Source: an uncultured Gammaproteobacteria bacterium (GTDB taxonomy: Bacteria > Pseudomonadota > Gammaproteobacteria > Nitrosococcales > Methylophagaceae). Taken from it: a stretch of 64,000 nt of DNA. Below, in pieces: positions 57,579 to 64,000 of the stretch. The stretch covers positions 416-64,415 of the forward strand of contig CALCCU010000165.1 in assembly GCA_937900515.1 (NCBI GenBank), written 5' to 3'. The notes beneath the pieces are model-generated. The model was not told where the DNA came from. It was given only the letters and a program-made list of their open reading frames with translations, and ran no database searches. Each line of letters starts with the position of its first letter. Position 1 is the stretch's first letter. The position numbers and the translations under genes are program-made.

Positions 57579-60500
57579 TTATTTTCTGCGCTTATCACTT
57601 CTGCGATGGAACAGCAGATATAGGGCTGGCAATACGACTAGTGTCAGCAGCGTTGATGATACGATCCCTCCGACAACTACTGTTGCTAGAGGTCTCTGCA
57701 CTTCTGCACCTGTGCCTGAGTTCATCGCCATGGGTATAAAGCCGAGACTGGCAACGAGTGCGGTCATTAATACTGGACGTAGGCGCTGCATCGCTCCGTT
57801 TCTAACAGCAATCAGTAGTGTGCCACCTTCATCTCGCAACTGCTTGATAAACGATAGCATTACAATGCCATTCAGGACGGCGATACCTGATAAGGCTATA
57901 AAGCCGACAGCCGCTGAAATTGACAAGGGCATATCCCTAACTGTGAGCGACAATATGCCACCCGTCAGAGCTAATGGAATTCCGGTGAAAACCAGTAATG
58001 CATCCTTGATGGATTTAAAGGCGCTGATCAATAAGCCCAGAATCACCAGCAAGGTGATTGGTACAACAATGGATAGTCGTTGGGTGGCTGACTGAAGTTG
58101 CTCAAATGTACCACCGTAGTCGACCCAGTAACCCGCAGGTATATCAAGTTGCTGGTTGATAGTGTTTTGAAGATCGGTGATAAATGAACCGAGATCACGA
58201 TCGACAACATTAGCGGAAACTAATACATGTCGTTTACCACTTTCACGATTGATTTGGTTAGGGCCGATATAAGTTTTGATGTTAGCAATCTCACCTAATG
58301 GTACGTAGGAAAGATCAGGATCCTCACTATTTGTTAGTGCTACCGGGAGTTTAGAAAGGTAATCAATGTTCTGTCGTTTATCATCAGTCAGTCTGACAAC
58401 CAGTTTAAAACGACGATCACCTTCATAAATGAGCCCAACGTCCTGTCCTCCGATGGCCGTTTTTACGGTCTGCTGCATATCACTGACATTCAGTCCCAGA
58501 AGAGCAAGGTGGAAGCGATCAGGCTCAATTGATAGCATGGGAAGACCCGTTATTTCCTCCATACGGACATCAGCAGAACCCTCAATAGAAGAAATCAGGT
58601 CAATGGCCGATCTGCCCACCATATTGAGTTGCTCCAAATCGTCACCGTAAATTTTTACAGCAACATCAGCTCGAACACCTGCAATCAGTTCATTGAAACG
58701 CATCTCAATAGGTTGAGTGAACTCGTACTTATTACCGGGAACCACTTCTACTGCTTGACGAAGCTCTGCAAGAAACTCAGTTTTAGTTTGAGTGGGATCG
58801 GCCCAATCTGAACGTGGTTTGATGATTAAAAAGGTATCTGCCACACTCGGTGGCATTGGGTCTGTTGCGATGTCTGGTGTGCCGATTTTGGCGAAGACTC
58901 GTTCTACTTGATCAAACTCTCGAATTACTGATTCCAGTTGGTTTTGCATACCTACAGCTTGCTCAAGACCCGTACCACTAATACGGAGGGCATGAAGTGC
59001 GACATCACCTTCATCTAGTTTGGGTAGAAACTCTGTGCCCATACGTGTTGATAGGCTTGCTACCCACACCACAAAAAGCAGTGCAGCGAGGCTCACTATT
59101 AATGGCATTTTCATAGTAAAGCTGAGAAACGGGCTGTAAATCATTCTGGCGCCACGCATCAGCAGGTTTTCTTTGTGTTGGATGTTACCGCTCACAAAAA
59201 TGGCGATAGCAGCTGGGACAAATGTGACGGCTAGTATAAGGGCGCCTGTCAATGCAGCAATGACTGTAAAGGCCATAGGCTCGAACATCTTAGCTTCTAC
59301 ACCGCCAAGGGCGAACAGTGGGAGATAAACCAACATGATGATGAGTACCCCGAACACTGCGGGATTAAAAACTTCTCGAGTACTGTCTGTAACTTCCACT
59401 AGACGTTCTTGAAGAGTGAGTAAGCGGCCCAGACGCTGTTGTGCGAGTCCAAGTCGACGCAAAGCATTTTCAACCACGATGACAGCGCCATCGACAATCA
59501 GTCCAAAATCTATCGCACCCAGACTCATTAGGTTGCCAGAGACACGGTTGCTAACCATGCCAGTAATTGCAAATAGCATACTTAAGGGAATGATAAGTGC
59601 CGTAATGAATGCTGCACGGAAATTACCCAGCAAGGCAAACAGTACGACGATGACTAAAATCGCACCTTCTAGCAGGTTTTTTTGCACCGTAGCGATGGTG
59701 TCTTCAACCAGTTTAGTGCGAGTGTATACTGCTTCAGCTTTGATGCCTTCTGGCAGGCTACGGTTAATCACCGTCAATTTTTCTGCTACCGCCTTAGAAA
59801 CGATACGACTGTTTTCACCCATCAACATCAATGCCGTGCCGAGCACGGTTTCTTTACCATTGTGAGTGGCTGCACCAGTACGTAATTGCTTGCCTAGGAA
59901 TACCTTTGCAATGTCAGCGATAGTGATAGGCATGTCATCACGTTTAGCGACAACGACATTTTCGATGTCTTCCAGTGTTTGTAGCTGCCCCGGTGAGCGG
60001 ACGAGCCACTGCTCACCATTGGGTTCGATATAGCCAGCACCTATATTTTGATTATTGTTTTGCAGTGCTTCGGCTACATCTGCCAGTGTGAGCTTGTAGG
60101 CAATCAATTTAGCAGGATCGGGTGCTACTTGATATTCACGTTCAAAACCACCGACACTGTTGATTTCTGTCACTCCTGGCACTTTGACCAGCTGCGGACG
60201 TATGATCCAGTCTTGAATGGTTCTCAGGTCTTCTGCTGTATAGGGTTTGCCATTTTCATTGACAGCACCTTCTTCAGCACTAATGGCATAGGTGAATATT
60301 TCCCCTAGTCCACTTGCTACCGGTCCGAGTTGTGGTTCTATACCCTGCGGCAATTCAGACCGAATGGATAACAAACGTTCGCTGATTTGCTGACGGGCAA
60401 GGTAAATATCTTTGTCATCTTCAAATACTACCGTCACTTGAGATAAGCCATAACGTGAAATGGAACGTGTATATTTCAACTCAGGCAAACCGGCCATTGC

Positions 60501-60713
60501 CGTTTCAACTAAATAGGTGACACGCTGTTCAGATTCGAGCGGTGAATAGCCTGCTAGTTCAGTGTTGATCTGTATCTGTTTATTGGTAATGTCAGGTACG
60601 GCATCAATGGGTAGTTTGTAGATGTTATAAATACCAAGCCCTGTGATAAGTAGAGTCAAGAAAATCACCAACCAGCGCTGGTTTATCGCAAAGCGAATAA
60701 TAGAATCAATCAT
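57579..60713 (-). CDS. czcA: Heavy-metal efflux RND pump, CzcA family
   Basis: 1044 aa. The N-terminus IIRFAINQRWLVIF...LPIDAVPDITNKQIQINT...YSPLESEQRVTY...RYGLSQVTVVF matches CzcA closely. Confidence 0.93.
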   Translation of the reverse strand: MIDSIIRFAINQRWLVIFLTLLITGLGIYNIYKLPIDAVPDITNKQIQINTELAGYSPLESEQRVTYLVETAMAGLPELKYTRSISRYGLSQVTVVFEDDKDIYLARQQISERLLSIRSELPQGIEPQLGPVASGLGEIFTYAISAEEGAVNENGKPYTAEDLRTIQDWIIRPQLVKVPGVTEINSVGGFEREYQVAPDPAKLIAYKLTLADVAEALQNNNQNIGAGYIEPNGEQWLVRSPGQLQTLEDIENVVVAKRDDMPITIADIAKVFLGKQLRTGAATHNGKETVLGTALMLMGENSRIVSKAVAEKLTVINRSLPEGIKAEAVYTRTKLVEDTIATVQKNLLEGAILVIVVLFALLGNFRAAFITALIIPLSMLFAITGMVSNRVSGNLMSLGAIDFGLIVDGAVIVVENALRRLGLAQQRLGRLLTLQERLVEVTDSTREVFNPAVFGVLIIMLVYLPLFALGGVEAKMFEPMAFTVIAALTGALILAVTFVPAAIAIFVSGNIQHKENLLMRGARMIYSPFLSFTMKMPLIVSLAALLFVVWVASLSTRMGTEFLPKLDEGDVALHALRISGTGLEQAVGMQNQLESVIREFDQVERVFAKIGTPDIATDPMPPSVADTFLIIKPRSDWADPTQTKTEFLAELRQAVEVVPGNKYEFTQPIEMRFNELIAGVRADVAVKIYGDDLEQLNMVGRSAIDLISSIEGSADVRMEEITGLPMLSIEPDRFHLALLGLNVSDMQQTVKTAIGGQDVGLIYEGDRRFKLVVRLTDDKRQNIDYLSKLPVALTNSEDPDLSYVPLGEIANIKTYIGPNQINRESGKRHVLVSANVVDRDLGSFITDLQNTINQQLDIPAGYWVDYGGTFEQLQSATQRLSIVVPITLLVILGLLISAFKSIKDALLVFTGIPLALTGGILSLTVRDMPLSISAAVGFIALSGIAVLNGIVMLSFIKQLRDEGGTLLIAVRNGAMQRLRPVLMTALVASLGFIPMAMNSGTGAEVQRPLATVVVGGIVSSTLLTLVVLPALYLLFHRRSDKRRK

Positions 60714-60722
60714 TGTCCGCTC

Positions 60723-61943
60723 CTAATGGTTGTGGCTGGCGCCATCTTTTAAAATTTCTGCCTTGAGGAGATAACTATTGTGGGTGACATAGTCGGAGCC
60801 TTGCTTAAGTCCACTTTTAACTTCGACATAATCTTGATCCTGACGACCAAGATCGACCATCCTGACTTCGAAGACATTACCAAAACGAGCAAATACAACA
60901 GGCATGTTACGGAACGTTTGTAAGGCTGATCGCTTCACAGCTAGAGCTACTTCGACACGATCAATGACGACCTTTGCCATCACATGCATGCCAGGACGCC
61001 AATCGCCATTAGGATTAGCGATAGTTGCTCTAGCTCGAGCAATATGACCGCCAGTCATTTGTGGGGATAGATAATCCAGCTTACTTTCGACAGAATGTTC
61101 ATCATGTAAATCACTAATGATGACGGGCATACCTTTGGAGATTATTTCAATGTCTTGAGGAAACATCGACATTTCGACCCAGACGCTAGATAAGTCACTG
61201 ACCTCAATTAAGGTTCCCATATCAGTGTGATCGCCACGTTTGACCGGACGAAGGGTGATTTCACCTGAAGCAGGGCTTGTTACAGTATAAGTCTGTAAGT
61301 TTTGTTGATTAAGAACGGTGAGCAGGCGCTGCCCTTTCTTGACTTTGTCACCAGTTTCGACATCAACCGACTGAACAATACCAGCGTATGGTGCATGAAC
61401 ATGGAATACCATGTCTTCTGATTTACTGATAATGCCATAGACCATATTGGTGACAGTGAGCGTTTTAGGGCCGGCAGTTTCAGTTTTTATCTCAGACAGT
61501 TCGATTAATCGAGGTGGAATCTCTGTGCGGCCTTCGTAGCTTTCAAAGTGCCAATGATAGTCACCGCCTTTGTAACTTGCATTGACCTCTACGTCGAATG
61601 AATGTGGTTCTACAATCACAGTATCACCCAACAAATAATCTGCTTCCGCATTGAAATCGATGAGATCTTGTTGTCCTCCTGTGCGGTTGAGGCTAACAGT
61701 CATTGTGATTTCATCAGGTTTGAGAGCAGATCCATCTTTTAAATAGGGGTAAATGCGTAACTCAGGTGGTATGCCTGACTCAAAAATTGTGAATTCTAGG
61801 TTTAATTCATCGCTTTCTAGCAATTTACCACCACGTGGGCCTTCTGGCGTTGCTTCGTGCGCCGTATCGTCATGACCATGGTCTCCAGCGGCAAATAATG
61901 GCATGTGAAATAGCAATGCCAAAACAAATAAGTATGATTTCAT
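60723..61943 (-). CDS. czcB: Efflux RND periplasmic adaptor (CzcB family) with His-rich N-terminus
   Basis: Signal peptide, GDHGHDDTAHE, and lipoyl/beta-barrel MFP motifs (GDKVKKGQRLL). Confidence 0.85.
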   Translation of the reverse strand: MKSYLFVLALLFHMPLFAAGDHGHDDTAHEATPEGPRGGKLLESDELNLEFTIFESGIPPELRIYPYLKDGSALKPDEITMTVSLNRTGGQQDLIDFNAEADYLLGDTVIVEPHSFDVEVNASYKGGDYHWHFESYEGRTEIPPRLIELSEIKTETAGPKTLTVTNMVYGIISKSEDMVFHVHAPYAGIVQSVDVETGDKVKKGQRLLTVLNQQNLQTYTVTSPASGEITLRPVKRGDHTDMGTLIEVSDLSSVWVEMSMFPQDIEIISKGMPVIISDLHDEHSVESKLDYLSPQMTGGHIARARATIANPNGDWRPGMHVMAKVVIDRVEVALAVKRSALQTFRNMPVVFARFGNVFEVRMVDLGRQDQDYVEVKSGLKQGSDYVTHNSYLLKAEILKDGASHNH

Positions 61944-61946
61944 GAT

Positions 61947-63209
61947 TTATTCCTTGTTCGCAGCTTGAAGCGTTAGATCATGTCCGCTCAGGCGCTCTAA
62001 TTCTAGATATTGGAGGTGGATAGCGTGTTGGGCTTCGATGCGTTTCCGTTCAATATTAAATAGTTCATCTTGGGCATCAACCCATTGTAAAACGCTATAT
62101 AGACCGATTTGATAGCCTTGCTTTACCTCGTCGAGTAAGGAATATGCTACTGGTTGTAAATCAGAACCAATGAGCTGAAGTTGCTTGAGGTTATTCAACA
62201 TAGCTGAATGGATCCGTTGCAGCGACGTCTCAAGGCGTATTTTCATCATATCCTGATGAGCAAGGCTTTTCTCATACAAGGCCCGCGCTGTGGCAATGTT
62301 GCCTTGATTGCTATTTTGCCATTGTAACGGCATGGAAATATTGAACACGAAGGCATTGTCATTATTGGCTTCTAAACGCCTAATCCCAGCACCAACTGTG
62401 ATGTTAGCTTGCCCCTCGGCGTGTGCCAAAGCTAGTTGGGTTTCATTAGTACGGGCTTGTGTAACAGAAAGTAAATAATCAGGTGCTGATTGAACGGCTT
62501 GACTGAGGCTTTCCAGAGTTGGCGCAGAAGGTATTTGACTTAAGTCACCTACGACCTCGGTGAAATCAGCGCTTTCAGCCCAGTTAGCGGCTAGTACATT
62601 CAATGAATGTGCATGCTGGGCCTTCAGTGCAGAGTGTTTGGCCTGTGATTTAGCTAACCTCAGTTGCATGCGCATGACATCTGCCTTGCTTACTACACCG
62701 GCATTGGCACGCCGTTCGATTACTTTTAGCGCTGCCTGTTCTGTTTTAATTCGCTGACTATTCCAAGTCATCAAATGTTGAAGACGAAGTGTTTGATAGT
62801 AATCACGCAGCAAGCTAGCAATGATATCCAGTCTTTTGACTTCATACTCTTGCTGTATAGCCAGAGTTTTACGGTCAACAAGGTCGATACGTTTTTCCCG
62901 CTTTTGACCCAACTCAATGACCTGACTTAATGATAAGGTCAATTCATGCCCAGCTAGAAAACGACTGTCGCCAGTGCCAAATATATTTTCCACATCGACG
63001 TGCAATGTTGGATTGAGTTTGAGTCCTGCCTGAATGGCTTGGCCTTCAAGTGCACGAACATGATAAGGGTAGAGCTGTAACTCTGGGTTTGCTTCGAGTG
63101 TGCGAGTGACTGTCGTTGATAATTCAATGGCAAAAGTGAGGCCTGATTTTGCTGACAGTAGTAATAATGCCGCGATACAAATAGCGCGACGATTCAATAG
63201 TAATTTCAT
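61947..63209 (-). CDS. czcC: Outer-membrane efflux protein (CzcC/TolC family)
   Basis: Signal peptide, two helical OEP repeats, and its position upstream of czcB-czcA. Confidence 0.85.
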   Translation of the reverse strand: MKLLLNRRAICIAALLLLSAKSGLTFAIELSTTVTRTLEANPELQLYPYHVRALEGQAIQAGLKLNPTLHVDVENIFGTGDSRFLAGHELTLSLSQVIELGQKREKRIDLVDRKTLAIQQEYEVKRLDIIASLLRDYYQTLRLQHLMTWNSQRIKTEQAALKVIERRANAGVVSKADVMRMQLRLAKSQAKHSALKAQHAHSLNVLAANWAESADFTEVVGDLSQIPSAPTLESLSQAVQSAPDYLLSVTQARTNETQLALAHAEGQANITVGAGIRRLEANNDNAFVFNISMPLQWQNSNQGNIATARALYEKSLAHQDMMKIRLETSLQRIHSAMLNNLKQLQLIGSDLQPVAYSLLDEVKQGYQIGLYSVLQWVDAQDELFNIERKRIEAQHAIHLQYLELERLSGHDLTLQAANKE

Positions 63210-63270
63210 AGTCCATTCCCATAACGATACTTACGCATGTAGCGTAAAAAAAGTAATTGTTCGAGATGAA

Positions 63271-63564
63271 TTAAGCGTTGGGTGGTGGAATTGGCGGAGA
63301 GTAGGTACGAGAAATTAGCTGTGATGGGTAATCTTCACTAGCCAAACTGACAGGTCGTGTTAGTGAAAACGACTCTAATTCAACTAAATCGCCGACAACT
63401 TGCAAGTTGAAATGATGGGCATGTTCTGCTTCAACATCATGACTTTCATGCTGGTGTTCGAGCGTATCGTGTTGATGCTCACCAATGTGCAAAAATGCCG
63501 ACGCACTAGCCGAGAAGACCATGCAGAAAGTAAGCATTAGAGATATTAGGTGAAGACGTTTCAA
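63271..63564 (-). CDS. Small secreted His-rich protein (CzcI-like position)
   Basis: Signal peptide followed by HIGEHQHDTLEHQHESHDVEAEHAHH, with the C-terminus ...SPPIPPPNA. It is the first gene of the czc operon. Confidence 0.5.
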   Translation of the reverse strand: MKRLHLISLMLTFCMVFSASASAFLHIGEHQHDTLEHQHESHDVEAEHAHHFNLQVVGDLVELESFSLTRPVSLASEDYPSQLISRTYSPPIPPPNA

Positions 63565-64000
63565 AGGTTATCCGCCATTTTAGGTGAAGTAGAATCCTAT
63601 CTTGCCAATTCAAAATAATCAACTATTTTGATGTGGTGAAATAGGTTCGTTATACCAAAAATATTGAGTATTTTTAATCTTAGCTGTAAGTTTGTTTTGG
63701 GCTGTGAGACTGTAATATAGACAAAGTTGTCTTGTGGATAGCGGATGTCTCGTATGATAGTTGATGGGGAATTACTAAGTCAGTCTGGTTTTCTTAAAAG
63801 TAAGGTTTAAACCTTTTTTTGATGGCAAGATAATCTCATGAGTTAGCTATGTTTTTTTGATTTAGCGGTTATCTGTCTACTTGCTGTCTATTGCTAGAGT
63901 CAGTTAATGATGTGAAGTAGTGAGAAAATTATCTATTTTGATACAAAGTTGGTTGAAATCTACGGTTTGTGGACCTTATTTGTATTTATATATAACTATT

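Noticed and set aside
57712-59865. Several plus-strand ORFs (57712..58095, 58429..58650, 59416..59865 and others) inside czcA
   Set aside because: All are antisense to the 1044-aa CzcA frame. The higher GC content here lengthens spurious open frames.

Overview
AT-rich gammaproteobacterial chromosome segment. Gene content and synteny look Alteromonadales-like (Colwellia/Thalassotalea type), but that is inference only. Most of the window is core metabolism and envelope biogenesis: yeiP, ylqF/rbgA, gnd, guaBA divergent from xseA, the yrbG-kdsD-kdsC-lptC-lptA-lptB block, mlaA, prlC, ubiD, gloA, moaDE/moaC, and cheV plus flgAMN. I saw no rRNA, tRNA, CRISPR array, transposase or integrase. The best candidate for an undescribed system is the molybdate/tungstate locus at about 32.7-42.1 kb. 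Its core is a minus-strand operon at 36948..32743, fronted by a near-consensus ModE operator. The operon encodes a TiaS-kinase-domain-like enzyme, a small polytopic membrane protein, a TonB-dependent receptor and a TupA-like binding protein that has lost the tungstate-binding motifs. Around it sit moaDE, moaC, two ModE-type HTH regulators without Mop domains, an OprO/P-type porin and a canonical orphan TupA. No ABC permease or ATPase is present. Immediately downstream, three translationally coupled small ORFs sit behind a Fur-box promoter. That promoter shares 19 of 22 nt with the promoter of a porin/FMN-binding/PepSY/nucleotidyltransferase/gnd operon 30 kb away. Other notable items are an LptA with a C-terminal SH3b domain, a cytoplasmic LRR-protein kinase, an IS630-like HTH protein with a lysine-rich tail, and a PlcP/Agt-like lipid-remodelling pair with a Pho box. 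There is also an autoregulated MarR unit with two matching palindromes, a GC-rich czcCBA island, a GldG-type ABC cluster, and readable sigma28/sigma54 flagellar promoters. All family assignments come from reading the translated ORFs against remembered family motifs. No database search was run.
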